A stretch of 64,000 nt of DNA. Source: an uncultured Lentisphaerales bacterium (GTDB lineage: Bacteria; Verrucomicrobiota; Kiritimatiellia; RFP12; CAYQJG01). The position numbers were made by a program, and so were the translations under genes. Shown here piece after piece: positions 37,808-48,126 of this stretch. Numbering within the stretch: the stretch's first letter is position 1; every line of letters begins with the position of its first letter. The notes beneath the pieces are model-generated. The model did not search any database, was not told where the DNA came from, and saw only the letters and a list, made by a program, of their open reading frames with translations. The stretch covers positions 9,291 to 73,290 of the forward strand of contig CAYQJG010000010.1 in the NCBI GenBank assembly GCA_964417715.1. The letters run 5' to 3'.

Positions 37808-39817
37808 ATGCACAGGCAAGCGCTATCCGACGATCCATCGGAGCCGCACCGTCGCAGGCTTGCATCAGCCGTGGCGGCCGGTCACAATACGACCCGTCCG
37901 CCCCAGGCGGGCAGAAGGGCGTGCATGATGCTGGCGACGTGGGCGGACGAGGCGAGACTGACGACGATCCTGGACCCGGCGGGTCTGCGGCGCTACCCAC
38001 CTGCCACGCAGCGCGACGCATGGCAGGCGTTGCCCGCCGAGACGCGTGCCGCGCTGGTACGCGCGGGCGAGGCGCGCCTGGGTCAGCCCTGGCCCGGCTT
38101 GCGGGCCAGCCAGATCCTTGATTTCGTCCGCACCGGCAACCGCACGCGCTACGAGCAGCCCTTCATGCACCGTCGCCAAGTCGTCGTCGAACTGGCGCTC
38201 GCCGAATGCGCCGAGGGGCGCGGCCGGTTCATCGACGAACTTGTGGATGGGCTCTGGCTGATCATGGAGGAGACATCCTGGAGCTTGCCGGCTCACCTGC
38301 GACGCACACCCGAGAATGCGGGGTTGCCCGATCCGGACGTGCCGATGCTTGACCTCGTCGCAGCCGAAACCGCGGCGCTGCTGGCGTGGGTCGATCACCT
38401 GCTCGGGGCCGCGCTCGACGGCCTGGCCCCCGCGCTGCGGCAGCGCCTGCGCCGCGAGGTCGACCGGCGCGCCCTGGCGCCGTACCTGGCGCGCGACGAC
38501 TTCTTCTGGATGGGATTCCATGCGGCCTCGCACCGGCCCAACAACTGGAACCCCTGGATCAACTCCAACGTGCTGGTCGCCGCGCTGCTGCTGGAACCGG
38601 ATGCCGGCCGGCGCGCCGAGATCGTGGCCAAGGCGCTGCGGTCGCTCGATCATTTCCTCGCCCCCTACCCGGCCGACGGCGGTTGCGACGAGGGTCCGGG
38701 CTACTGGGGCCATGCCGGCGCGTCGCTGTTCGACTGCCTCGACCTGATGCATGCCGCCACCGGCGGCGCGTGCGACGCCTTTGCAGACGCACGCATTCGC
38801 GAGATCGGCCGCTACATCTTCCGCGTCCAGATCGCCGGCGACTGGTTCGTCAACTTCGCCGATGCCAGCGCACGAACCACGCCGCCCGCCGTGGTGACGT
38901 ACCGGTTCGGTCAGCGCCTGGGTGACGCCGACCTGGCCGGCTTCGGCGCCTGGCTCTGCCGGCGCGGCGGCGCGGCGGCACGCACAGCCGCAGGCGCCAA
39001 CCTGACGCGCCGGCTGCGGGCGCTGTTTGATGTCCCCGAACTCGATGCCGCACCGGTCGCGGAGCCGCTGCCCGAGGACGTGTGGCTGCCGCAGACGGAG
39101 TTGCTCGTGGCGCGCGACCGCGGCGGCGCCACAGGGGGCTGGTTCCTGGCGGCCAAGGGCGGCGACAACAACGAGAGCCATAACCACAACGACATTGGCG
39201 CGTTCATCGTGTTCCGCGACGGCTGCCCGCTGCTCGTGGACGCGGGTGTCGGCGAGTATCGCCGTCAGACCTTCAGCCCCGAACGCTACACGATCTGGAC
39301 CATGCAGTCGGCCTTCCACAACTTGCTGCCAACGGTCGACGGCGTTATGCAGATGGCGGGCGCGCAGTACCGCAGCCGCAACGTCGCGTGGAACCGCGCG
39401 GGCGCGTCCTCCACACTGCAACTGGACCTCGCCGGCGCCTACCCCGAGGCAACCGGCGTCGCCGCCTGGGAGCGCGAGATCGTGCTGGAGCGCGGCACGG
39501 GCGTAACCGTGCGTGACCGCTATCGCCTGACGCGGCCGGTTGTGCGCATCGAACTCGCCCTGCTGACGCCGTCGCAGGTCGCGATCGAGGCCGACGGCAG
39601 CGTCATCCTCACGGCCGCGCCGCTGCCCGATGGCCACCACAGCGCCACCGGCCGCCTGCAAACCGAGATTCCGGCCGCGCAGGTGCGGGTGGAAACGGTG
39701 AACACCGGCGGCGACAGCCGGCTCTCGCTGGTGTGGGGCGCGCGTCTGCATCGAATCGTCTGGACGCTGCCCCGGCCGCCACGGGAGGCCACGCTCGTCT
39801 GGCGCATTCTCACCTGA
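37808..39817 (+). CDS. heparinase II/III-like family protein (second paralog)
   Basis: ...GGDNNESHNHNDIGAFIVFRDGCPLLVDAG... matches the Hepar_II_III motif. Start Met37 of track ORF 37700..39817; the alternative Met76 gives 37925. Confidence 0.65.
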   Translation: MHRQALSDDPSEPHRRRLASAVAAGHNTTRPPQAGRRACMMLATWADEARLTTILDPAGLRRYPPATQRDAWQALPAETRAALVRAGEARLGQPWPGLRASQILDFVRTGNRTRYEQPFMHRRQVVVELALAECAEGRGRFIDELVDGLWLIMEETSWSLPAHLRRTPENAGLPDPDVPMLDLVAAETAALLAWVDHLLGAALDGLAPALRQRLRREVDRRALAPYLARDDFFWMGFHAASHRPNNWNPWINSNVLVAALLLEPDAGRRAEIVAKALRSLDHFLAPYPADGGCDEGPGYWGHAGASLFDCLDLMHAATGGACDAFADARIREIGRYIFRVQIAGDWFVNFADASARTTPPAVVTYRFGQRLGDADLAGFGAWLCRRGGAAARTAAGANLTRRLRALFDVPELDAAPVAEPLPEDVWLPQTELLVARDRGGATGGWFLAAKGGDNNESHNHNDIGAFIVFRDGCPLLVDAGVGEYRRQTFSPERYTIWTMQSAFHNLLPTVDGVMQMAGAQYRSRNVAWNRAGASSTLQLDLAGAYPEATGVAAWEREIVLERGTGVTVRDRYRLTRPVVRIELALLTPSQVAIEADGSVILTAAPLPDGHHSATGRLQTEIPAAQVRVETVNTGGDSRLSLVWGARLHRIVWTLPRPPREATLVWRILT

Positions 39818-40025
39818 CACGCCCACTCGCTGCGTCCAAGGCGCGCGTCTTCTCCCCGGACGGGCACATGGTCCTTCTTCTGAAGCCACCCGCGCGGGGC
39901 AGAATCGGCCTTTCATTTTGTCACGTTAGACTCCATAATACGCGCGTTTTTCCGGCCGCTGGCGCTACGGATACAAGGCGCCTCGGCGACACCTGCCACA
40001 CACCTGTACTCCAAGGATTACCTGC

Positions 40026-41366
40026 ATGGCCAAGATCACATTCATGGGCGCGGGAAGCACGATCTTCGCGCGTAACGTTCTGGGCGACTGCATGTTGAGC
40101 GACGCGTTGCACGACGCCGAAATCGCACTCTTTGACATCGATGCCACCCGACTGCGCGAATCCAAGCGGATGCTGGATGTGCTCAACGCCAACACCAACG
40201 GCAAGCGCGCCACCATCAAAGCGTTCCTCGGGGTCGCCAACCGCCGCAAGGCCCTCGCGAATGCGGGGTATGTGGTCAACGCGATTCAGGTCGGCGGGTA
40301 TGACCCCTGCACCATCACCGATTTTGAGATCCCCAAGCGATACGGGTTGCGCCAGACGATCGCCGACACACTCGGAATCGGCGGCATCTTCCGCACGCTG
40401 CGCACGCTGCCGGTTATGCTGGACTTCGCGCACGACATGGAAGCCGTCTGTCCCGACGCCTGGCTCCTCAACTACACGAACCCCATGGCCATGCTGACCG
40501 GCGGCGTCTTGCGCGGGTCGACGATCCGTACGGTCGGCCTCTGTCACTCGGTGCAGGGGTGCGCCTGGTCGCTGCTGCATACGGTCGGTCTGCTGGACAA
40601 GTACCCCGCGCACGAGGTCAAGCAGTACGTGGCAGGTATCAACCACATGGCCTGGCTGCTGAAGGTCGAATACAAGGGACGAGACCTCTATCCCGAGATC
40701 AAGGCACGCGCAACCGAGTTGCTGCGCACCTGGCGAAAAGGCCAGAAAAAGAACGGCAACATGGTGCGGCTCGAGATGATGCTGCGGTTGGGCTACTACA
40801 TCACGGAGAGTTCCGAGCATCTTGCCGAATATGTGCCGCACTTCATCAAAGCCGCCAGCCCTGAACTGATCGCTGAGTTCAACATTCCGCTCGACGAGTA
40901 TCCGCGCCGCTGCATCAACCAGATCGCGGGGTGGAAGCGAATGAGCAAGGAGGTCGTGGGCAACCCGAACCTGACCCACACGCGGACGCACGAGTACGGC
41001 TCCTACATCATCGAAGCCATCGAGACCGGTCGGCCGACACAGATCGGCGGCAATATCCTGAACAACGGCCTGATCCCCAACCTGCCGCCCAAAGCCTGCG
41101 TGGAGGTGCCCTGCCTGGTCGACCACAACGGCGTGCAGGGCTGTTTCGTCGGCGACCTGCCCGAGGTCTGCGCGGCTTACAACCGCACCAATATCAACGT
41201 GCAGATGCTGACCATCGAGGCCGTCCTGGAGCGTCGCCGCGACTGCATCTACCAGGCCGCGATGCTCGACCCGCACACCGCGGCCGAACTGACCATCGAC
41301 CAGATCCGGGCGATGTGCGACGACCTGATCAAGGCTCACGGCAGGTGGATGCCGAAGTTCGCGTAG
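40026..41366 (+). CDS. glycoside hydrolase family 4 (NAD+/Mn2+-dependent alpha-glucosidase/alpha-galactosidase-like)
   Basis: MAKITFMGAGSTIFARNVL N-terminal Rossmann fold. The GH4 core (...CHSVQG...NHMAW...) is present. Confidence 0.85.
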   Translation: MAKITFMGAGSTIFARNVLGDCMLSDALHDAEIALFDIDATRLRESKRMLDVLNANTNGKRATIKAFLGVANRRKALANAGYVVNAIQVGGYDPCTITDFEIPKRYGLRQTIADTLGIGGIFRTLRTLPVMLDFAHDMEAVCPDAWLLNYTNPMAMLTGGVLRGSTIRTVGLCHSVQGCAWSLLHTVGLLDKYPAHEVKQYVAGINHMAWLLKVEYKGRDLYPEIKARATELLRTWRKGQKKNGNMVRLEMMLRLGYYITESSEHLAEYVPHFIKAASPELIAEFNIPLDEYPRRCINQIAGWKRMSKEVVGNPNLTHTRTHEYGSYIIEAIETGRPTQIGGNILNNGLIPNLPPKACVEVPCLVDHNGVQGCFVGDLPEVCAAYNRTNINVQMLTIEAVLERRRDCIYQAAMLDPHTAAELTIDQIRAMCDDLIKAHGRWMPKFA

Positions 41367-41385
41367 CGTTCATCATGCAGTCAAG

Positions 41386-42117
41386 TCAATGCGGATGGTG
41401 ATGGCGCAGGCTGTGCGGGCGTTCCAAGCCGTGCGCGAGCATCAGCGCCTCGTCGTTCAGCAGCTCGGCGGTCGGCCCCTGCGCCACGACCCGTCCCGCA
41501 TCCATGACGAGTACGCGCGGGCAGACGTCGACGACCAGTTCCAGGTCGTGCGTGGCGATGATCCGCGTGTGCTCGAAGCCCAGCAGCAGCCCGATCAGGC
41601 GTCGCCGCGCGCGCGGGTCGAGGTTCGACGACGGTTCGTCCATCACCAGGACATCCGGGGCCATCGCCAGCACGGTGGCAATGGCCACGGCACGCTTCTC
41701 GCCGGCGGAGAGTTTGTGGGGCGGTCGATCGCGCACGTGAGCCATGCCCACGCGCGCCAACGCGGCCATGCTCCGCAGTTCAGCGTCGACGCTCGCCAAT
41801 CCCTGGTTCAGGGGCCCAAACGCCACATCCTCAAGCACGGTCGGCATGAAGAGCTGGTCATCGGGGTCTTGAAACACCAACCCCACGGCGCGGCGGGCCA
41901 GTGCCGCCGTCTGCCGTGTCACCGGCACATCGCCAATCCGGACCTCGCCGCGCGTGGGTGACAGGAAGCCGTTCAGGTGCAGGAGCAGCGTCGACTTGCC
42001 GGCTCCGTTGCAACCGATGATGCCGACCGCTTCGCCAGGCATGATCCGAAATGACACGCCGTTCAGCGCCTCCGTGCCGCCGGGATAGCGGAAACACAGA
42101 TCGCGGGCCTCAACCAT
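41386..42117 (-). CDS. ECF-type Ni/Co transporter ATPase component (CbiO/NikO)
   Basis: Walker A GCNGAGKST, LSAGEKRAVAIA signature and VLVMDEP Walker B. Internal Met of track ORF 41386..42720 (243 aa). Confidence 0.85.
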   Translation of the reverse strand: MVEARDLCFRYPGGTEALNGVSFRIMPGEAVGIIGCNGAGKSTLLLHLNGFLSPTRGEVRIGDVPVTRQTAALARRAVGLVFQDPDDQLFMPTVLEDVAFGPLNQGLASVDAELRSMAALARVGMAHVRDRPPHKLSAGEKRAVAIATVLAMAPDVLVMDEPSSNLDPRARRRLIGLLLGFEHTRIIATHDLELVVDVCPRVLVMDAGRVVAQGPTAELLNDEALMLAHGLERPHSLRHHHPH

Positions 42118-42125
42118 GTCCTGAC

Positions 42126-42881
42126 TCACAACGAGCCTCCCGTCACATGACCACCCAACCAGCGGGCAATGTTCACACTGCGTACGACCGCGAAGAAGAC
42201 CAGCCACCCAGCCAGAAACGCGACATCCGCCCAGCCCCACGCGCTCTGTCGCAGCAACCGCACCCGCCCATCGAAGCCGCGCGCATTCATGGCCTGGTAG
42301 ACGCGTTGCGCGCGGTCCATCGACCGCAGGAGCATGGTTCCAACCAGCGCGGCATACGTGCGCAACTGCAGCGCGCGGCGGCCCCCGGAACGCAGTTCGG
42401 CGGCGCGCATCATGCGCGCCCCCTCCTCTGCGATGACGAATAGGTACCGGCAGAGCATTTCCAACTGCACGACAAACACCTGCGGCGTACCCAGCCGCTG
42501 CATCCCGGCGGACAGGCGGTGGGTCCCCGTGCAAGCCACCAGCAGCAGCGCCGCGCTGACGGTCAACCCGAAGCGCACAACGATGGAGGCGAATGACAGC
42601 CAGCCGCCCGAGACACTGTACGTGCCAATGGTCGCCACCACGTGCCGGTCGAGAAAGGGGTTGAAGACGCCGACGGCCAGCGCAAACGGCGCGGCCATCA
42701 GCAGTCGCCGCAGGATGCATGCGGGAGGAATGCCTCCAATCACCATCAGCGCCAGCGGATAAGTGACGAACGGGATCAGCGCCGAGAGTTCGTAGCGGGG
42801 AACCGACATCACTGCCACGAGAAAAGCAACCGTCGTCAGCACCTTCGTACGGGCGTCAAGCCGGTGAACGGGCGAGTCCAT
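42126..42881 (-). CDS. ECF transporter transmembrane T component (CbiQ/NikQ)
   Basis: MDSPVHRLDARTKVL... start is typical of CbiQ, and the protein is multi-TM. Alternative starts are 42899 and 42932. Confidence 0.7.
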   Translation of the reverse strand: MDSPVHRLDARTKVLTTVAFLVAVMSVPRYELSALIPFVTYPLALMVIGGIPPACILRRLLMAAPFALAVGVFNPFLDRHVVATIGTYSVSGGWLSFASIVVRFGLTVSAALLLVACTGTHRLSAGMQRLGTPQVFVVQLEMLCRYLFVIAEEGARMMRAAELRSGGRRALQLRTYAALVGTMLLRSMDRAQRVYQAMNARGFDGRVRLLRQSAWGWADVAFLAGWLVFFAVVRSVNIARWLGGHVTGGSL

Positions 42882-42954
42882 GCGCCCCAGTTCGTCCATG
42901 CGTCCCACGTCCGAGTAATGCCCGAAGCCCATGTGTGTACCCAGAACGGTTCGG

Positions 42955-44004
42955 CTAAGCGGCCGTGCGCCATTTGCGCAGGGCATACCCGCACAGTCCC
43001 ACGATGACCAGCACGATCAGTCCGCCCACCAGACCGGCCGTGCTGGTGCCCGCACTGACCGCCGGCCAGCGGGCCGGCACCTCAGCCGCCGCTCCAGGTG
43101 CGGCACCCGGGGCAGGCTCCGCGGCGGGACTGAACCCATAGTCGGGCAGGAACGCGGTCTTCTCCTGCACGGCTGCGAGACGCGCATGCACGCTGCCGAC
43201 GGGGCGCGCGAGTACGTCTCTGCCGCTGGTCTTCGCCATGGCCCATTCAAGTCCGTCCGGGCGCGTCGACGCGAACCAACTGACACCACCGGCCACCATG
43301 ACGGCCGCAACCAGGAGGCCGGCCACGACACGCCGCGGATTACCCGCCACGACCGGACCGCACGCCACCCCTTCCAGCGACTCCGGTCTGCTGCGCAGCA
43401 CAAAGCCCACCACCGCCGCCGTGGCCAGACCCTCCGCCACGCCGATGGCCAGATGAATCGGCTGCATCAGCAGCACAAAGGTTCGGAAAGGCAGATCGGA
43501 TATGCCGGACAGCGCCGTCTCCAGCACGACGCCAAACGCACCCAGTTGCAGGCCGACGACCGCCGCCAGCAGCGATCCCGTCCACAACCGTCCCCCGCCC
43601 CGCGCCGCGCCCGTGATCGGCCGGTAGATAAGAGGGAACGCAATGAAGGCCGGGAAGACGCCCAGGTTGAAGATGTTGCAGCCCAGCGCGAGCAATCCAC
43701 CGTCGGCAAAGAACAGGGCCTGCACGGTCAGCACCGACGCGATCACAACAAAGGCCGCATAGGGTCCAAGCAGAACCGCAAGAATCAAACCGCCGCCCAG
43801 ATGCCCGCTCGATCCCGTGCCCGGAATGGAGAAGTTGATCATCTGGGCGGCAAAGATGAACGCACCGAGCACGCCCATTCGCGGCACCAGCCCGTCATCC
43901 AGGGCCTGCCGGACTCTGCGCGCGCAGAGTCCGATCAACCCCGCGGTTGCGACCCACATCGTCGCCCCCACGGCCGGCGACACCAGGGCATCTGCCATGT
44001 GCAT
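42955..44004 (-). CDS. fused CbiM/NikM-CbiN/NikN substrate-capture component (NikMN)
   Basis: MHMADALVSP N-terminus (CbiM/NikM MHI.. motif). There is a C-terminal extra TM/extracytoplasmic NikN-like part. Confidence 0.8.
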   Translation of the reverse strand: MHMADALVSPAVGATMWVATAGLIGLCARRVRQALDDGLVPRMGVLGAFIFAAQMINFSIPGTGSSGHLGGGLILAVLLGPYAAFVVIASVLTVQALFFADGGLLALGCNIFNLGVFPAFIAFPLIYRPITGAARGGGRLWTGSLLAAVVGLQLGAFGVVLETALSGISDLPFRTFVLLMQPIHLAIGVAEGLATAAVVGFVLRSRPESLEGVACGPVVAGNPRRVVAGLLVAAVMVAGGVSWFASTRPDGLEWAMAKTSGRDVLARPVGSVHARLAAVQEKTAFLPDYGFSPAAEPAPGAAPGAAAEVPARWPAVSAGTSTAGLVGGLIVLVIVGLCGYALRKWRTAA

Positions 44005-44020
44005 AGCGCGTCTCGCAGCG

Positions 44021-44464
44021 TCACGGTGTCCCGAACTCTTTGCCCGTTGTCGTGACGGTCAGTCGCCCGTGCTTCACGCCCTTGGCGGCAATCAGACGGT
44101 CCGCCAGAACGCGAATGGCATCGGCTCGCCCGCGCACGGCCAGGACTTCCATGCAGTTGTGATGGTCCAGGTGGACGTGCAACGTGGCGATGATCAGCCC
44201 GCCGTGATCATGCTGGATGTCCGTCAGGAGCGTCTGAATGTTGCGCTTGTGATGGTCATAGACCAGCGTGACGGTGCCGGCGATCTCGCGGCCGCTCTCG
44301 TGCCCGTGGTGTTCGACGAGGTGGTCGCGTACCATCTCGGCCACGGCCTGCGAACGGTTGGCATGCCCCCTGCCCTTCATCAGCCCGTCAAGTTGCGCCA
44401 CCAGTCCGCCGGACATCGACACACTGAACCGCCGCACGCCCGACGCCGCTTTCGTGTTACTCAT
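44021..44464 (-). CDS. nikR: nickel-responsive regulator NikR (RHH + C-terminal Ni-binding domain)
   Basis: RRFSVSMSGGLVAQLD ribbon-helix-helix. The His-rich ...HHGHE...HVHLDHHNCMEV... matches the NikR metal site. Internal Met53 of the track ORF. Confidence 0.8.
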   Translation of the reverse strand: MSNTKAASGVRRFSVSMSGGLVAQLDGLMKGRGHANRSQAVAEMVRDHLVEHHGHESGREIAGTVTLVYDHHKRNIQTLLTDIQHDHGGLIIATLHVHLDHHNCMEVLAVRGRADAIRVLADRLIAAKGVKHGRLTVTTTGKEFGTP

Positions 44465-44618
44465 GGCAATGAACGTAACACACCGGCGCTCCGCCGTCAA
44501 ACGATCACGACCTCCCGGCGCCCATGCTTGACACCGGCGGCCCGTATCATGAGAATACGAAGGCAGTACCGGAGGGCGTTCCAGAACGCGAGCGCGGCCG
44601 GTGCCTGGATGCCATGCC
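44465..44618. promoter_or_regulatory. divergent nikR / tetR promoter region; contains an imperfect inverted repeat GTATCA-n3-GAATAC (around 44544-44558) that could be a NikR operator
   Basis: Position is immediately upstream of nikR. E. coli NikR operators are GTATGA-N16-TCATAC; the spacing here differs, so this is speculative. Confidence 0.15.
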
Positions 44619-45224
44619 ATGGGAATCGTCGTCGATCACGAAGCGCGGAAGCACGAGATTCTGGAGCAGTCCCTGCAACTGTTTGCCGAACAGGGCTACA
44701 GCGATGTGACCTTCCAGAAGATCGCCGACCGCTGCGGCATTGCGCGAACCACGCTGTACAAGTACTTCGGGCATAAGCGCGAGATCTTCGACTACACGGT
44801 GTCGCTGGCCACGCAGGAGTTGGCGGACCGCTACCGCGAGGTGCTTTCGGCACCAGTGTCGGCGCGCGTGAAGATCGAGCGTGTGCTCGAGCACGTGCTG
44901 CAGGTCATTTTCCGGCACCGCACGCTGCTCACCGTGATTCTGGATTATGTCCTGGCCAGCCGCCGCGCCGGGCGCCCGATGCGACGGACGATCGCCCGCC
45001 ACACGATCGGCTTGCGCACCGTGCTGCACCGGTTGGTGCTTGAGGGCATCCGCAGCGGCGATCTGCCCAGACTGCCGATCGCCACGACCGTCTCGCAGCT
45101 CTACGGCCTAATGGAGGCCGCGATCCTGCGGATCACCATCTCCGAAAACGCCGACTTCGACGAGTTGATGGCCATGGTCCGCACCACGCTGGCGAACATG
45201 GCCCCGGCAGCAGCCAAGAAATAG
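44619..45224 (+). CDS. TetR-family transcriptional regulator
   Basis: HTH ...YSDVTFQKIADRCGIARTTLYKYFGHK... Divergent from nikR and upstream of the acyl-CoA dehydrogenase. Confidence 0.75.
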   Translation: MGIVVDHEARKHEILEQSLQLFAEQGYSDVTFQKIADRCGIARTTLYKYFGHKREIFDYTVSLATQELADRYREVLSAPVSARVKIERVLEHVLQVIFRHRTLLTVILDYVLASRRAGRPMRRTIARHTIGLRTVLHRLVLEGIRSGDLPRLPIATTVSQLYGLMEAAILRITISENADFDELMAMVRTTLANMAPAAAKK

Positions 45225-45227
45225 TCC

Positions 45228-46979
45228 TCAGTCTGCCGACGGCAGCGGGCCGGCCAGCGTCTCGAACTCCGTCAGGGTGGTGGTCTCGCCCGAACAGATC
45301 TGCTCCTTCAGCATCCGGACACGCGGCATCCTGTCGGCCAGCCAGCGCTTGGCCACCGCCAGTTTCTTCGGGCTGGCCGTCGCGTGGTCACAGAAGAGCG
45401 CGCCCACGACCAGATCGATCGCCATGTCAACCAACTTACGGCCGCAGAGGTCGCGATAGGCATTGCTCGATGACTGGGCCTTCACGAAGGCGACCGCCTC
45501 GGCCAGGATTGCCTGTTCCTCGCGGATGCGGATCACCAGCGTTTCGAGCTCATGCGACCAAACGCGATCGCCGAGAATCTCCTGAATGACATCGCCAACC
45601 GCCCCGCTCATGACACCCGACACGGCTGCCACGACCTGCAACTGGCTGGTGCCCTCGTAAATGGTGGTGATGCGCGCATCGCGCAGATGACGTTCGACGG
45701 CATAGTCCTTCATGTACCCGCTGCCACCCAGCACGGCCATGGCGTTGTTCGACACGCGCATGGACATCTCGGATGAGTAGTACTTGGCCATCGGCGTCAG
45801 CACTTTGTTGAAGCCCTTGAACTTGCGTTCCTCAGCGCGCAGACGCTTGGTCTCTTCCGGGTCGGCGCTCTTGGCCCCTTCGATCTGCCGGCCAAGCCCT
45901 TCCTCCATGTCGACGCTGTAGGCCGCAAAGTAGGTCAACGCGCGCGCCGCCTGCAAGTCCAGGCTCATATCGACCAGCAGGTCGCGCACGGCCGGGAAAT
46001 TCTCGATCGCCGTGTTGAACTGCTTGCGGCTGTGGGCATAGTCGCGTGCGACGCGGCAGGCCGCCTCGCCGATCCCCAGGCTTTGCGCGGCGATGCCGAT
46101 CCGCGCGCCGTTCATCAGACTCATGATATACGTGATCAGTCCGCGCCGGCGCTCGCCGATCAGTTTGGCGGGCGCGTCGTCGAAGAACAGTTCGCAGGTC
46201 GGACTGCCATGGATACCGAGCTTGTTTTCGAGCCGCCGTACGCGCACACGCGGGCCGCGTTCGACCAGCAGGCAGGAGAGACCGCGGCCATCGGCAATCT
46301 CCGGTTCGGTGCGGGCAAGCACGAGCAGCACCTCGCCGCAACCGTTGGTGATGAAGCGCTTCACGCCACGGACGAACCACTGGCCCTCGGCATCCTGGTA
46401 GGCCCTGACCTTCACCGCCTGCAGATCGCTGCCCGCATCCGGCTCCGTCAGCACCATCGCCCCCGTCCACTCGCCACTGGCCATGCGCGGCAGGTACTCC
46501 TGCTTGATCTCCTCGCTGGCGAACGCGTTGATCGTCTCCGCGATGCCCTGCAACCCGTAGAGGTTCATCAGCGACGCGTCGGCTCGGCTGACGATGTCGT
46601 TCGACATCGTGTAGAGAAGATGCGGGCCATTCAGGCCGCCAAAGCGGTAGGGCAGCGTGAAGCCCATCGCGTCGGCCTGGCTCATCAGTTTGATGGCCTC
46701 GGCCATGCCGGGAGCGTACGTTACGCTGCCATCCGGGTTGAGTTTGTTGCCGACCGTATCGGTTTCGGCCGCCGTCGGGGCCACGCGCTCGCCGGCGATC
46801 TCGCCGATGACGCTCAGGATGCGCTGGTAGTTGTCGAGCGCTTCGGCGGCGTCGGCCGGCGCGAACTCGAACTCCTTCGCGTAGCGGAAGTCCTCCTCGC
46901 GCAGCGCAGCCACACGCGCCAGGTTCATGTGCTTGAACAGGAACTGGATGTCCTCGTTGTCGGTGAAGAAGTTCGCCAT
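45228..46979 (-). CDS. long-type acyl-CoA dehydrogenase (583 aa, FadE-like with C-terminal extension)
   Basis: ACAD core motifs are present. The gene is convergent with tetR. Confidence 0.85.
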   Translation of the reverse strand: MANFFTDNEDIQFLFKHMNLARVAALREEDFRYAKEFEFAPADAAEALDNYQRILSVIGEIAGERVAPTAAETDTVGNKLNPDGSVTYAPGMAEAIKLMSQADAMGFTLPYRFGGLNGPHLLYTMSNDIVSRADASLMNLYGLQGIAETINAFASEEIKQEYLPRMASGEWTGAMVLTEPDAGSDLQAVKVRAYQDAEGQWFVRGVKRFITNGCGEVLLVLARTEPEIADGRGLSCLLVERGPRVRVRRLENKLGIHGSPTCELFFDDAPAKLIGERRRGLITYIMSLMNGARIGIAAQSLGIGEAACRVARDYAHSRKQFNTAIENFPAVRDLLVDMSLDLQAARALTYFAAYSVDMEEGLGRQIEGAKSADPEETKRLRAEERKFKGFNKVLTPMAKYYSSEMSMRVSNNAMAVLGGSGYMKDYAVERHLRDARITTIYEGTSQLQVVAAVSGVMSGAVGDVIQEILGDRVWSHELETLVIRIREEQAILAEAVAFVKAQSSSNAYRDLCGRKLVDMAIDLVVGALFCDHATASPKKLAVAKRWLADRMPRVRMLKEQICSGETTTLTEFETLAGPLPSAD

Positions 46980-47058
46980 AACACGCTTTCCTTTACTCGT
47001 CTCTCTCGTCGCTCGGGCACGCCCAGACTTGCCGCTCTCCGCGCATACGCCGCCTTAC

Positions 47059-48126
47059 TCAGTTGCGCGAAACACCGTTCGTGGCCGGCTGGGCAGCCCA
47101 ACTGCCAGCGAAGAAACTTGGTCGGTATTTCTTAAGTTTGACGACCTCGACGAGTTCGTCAAGCGCCGCGACCTGATCGGTGGTCAAGCTGCTCTGAGAT
47201 GCGACAAAATGTTTGATGGCTTTGGCGGCCTGTTCTTCCGTGATGTGCAGGCAGTAGAAATAGCAGAGCGCAAATACGGGAGCGCCACCCCCGCCGACGT
47301 CGATGGAACGCTCTTGTTTGGTCGTGCGTGACAGGCGGTCAAGCACCAACGGCACAAACTCGGGGCCGAGTTTCGCTAGTCGGACGGTACAGCCCGGAAC
47401 CTTTTCAAATGTGCCTTGGGCGAACGAGTCCCCCTCCTTAATCCGGTAGTCTGCACCCGTTCGGAAGTCGTAGAACAGGTAGTCGACGAAACGAGGGGCT
47501 GCCTCCTTGGCGCCGAGTATGGCCAAGAGAGACTGGATGTTCTCGACCTCCAGCGGGTTCTCGGTCCTGATCTTCGGGTCCGCGAGCGCCTTGACCATGG
47601 CCTCAATGTTGCGTCTGCGCGCCGCCGGATCCTTGCGGTCCCGCATGACGGAAGCCTGATCGAATAACACCTTGTGCGGATACCAGTAGTCGGGTTGGTT
47701 GAGGGCGTCACGAACGACCCATTTGCAGTAGGCTGCGTCTTGCAGAATCTTGGGTGACCGTCCTGGCAGTTTGGCCTTCACCGTGCCGTAGAGGCAAGCG
47801 CAGGCATCGGATGCGTATTGGGTGTCGTCCAAGAACCCCCACAACGCGGCCGCCAGGTCCGCGACACCGTACCGCTTGGCGAGATCCATGGCGGCGCCTT
47901 CCAGTTGAACATGCGATTGCGCATCGTCGTACTTCCAGGTTGTGGGCTCCTTGTCCACAACGAACCGATATGGCACGCGCCCGTGAATGGCCAGGAACTC
48001 CTGGCGCGCCTTCGCAATGCGGTCTTCGTATCGGTTGTCGAACACGGCTTCCGCTCCGCCGGAAACTGACCGGCCAAGCGCGACGGCGACCAACACGAGA
48101 CAGACAGCGGTATGCCAGCGTTTCAT
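47059..48126 (-). CDS. secreted hypothetical protein (signal peptide MKRWHTAVCLVLVAVALG), translationally coupled to the upstream giant protein
   Basis: Internal Met31 of track ORF 47059..48216. Its ATG overlaps the stop of 48123..51347 (ATGA). Confidence 0.5.
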   Translation of the reverse strand: MKRWHTAVCLVLVAVALGRSVSGGAEAVFDNRYEDRIAKARQEFLAIHGRVPYRFVVDKEPTTWKYDDAQSHVQLEGAAMDLAKRYGVADLAAALWGFLDDTQYASDACACLYGTVKAKLPGRSPKILQDAAYCKWVVRDALNQPDYWYPHKVLFDQASVMRDRKDPAARRRNIEAMVKALADPKIRTENPLEVENIQSLLAILGAKEAAPRFVDYLFYDFRTGADYRIKEGDSFAQGTFEKVPGCTVRLAKLGPEFVPLVLDRLSRTTKQERSIDVGGGGAPVFALCYFYCLHITEEQAAKAIKHFVASQSSLTTDQVAALDELVEVVKLKKYRPSFFAGSWAAQPATNGVSRN

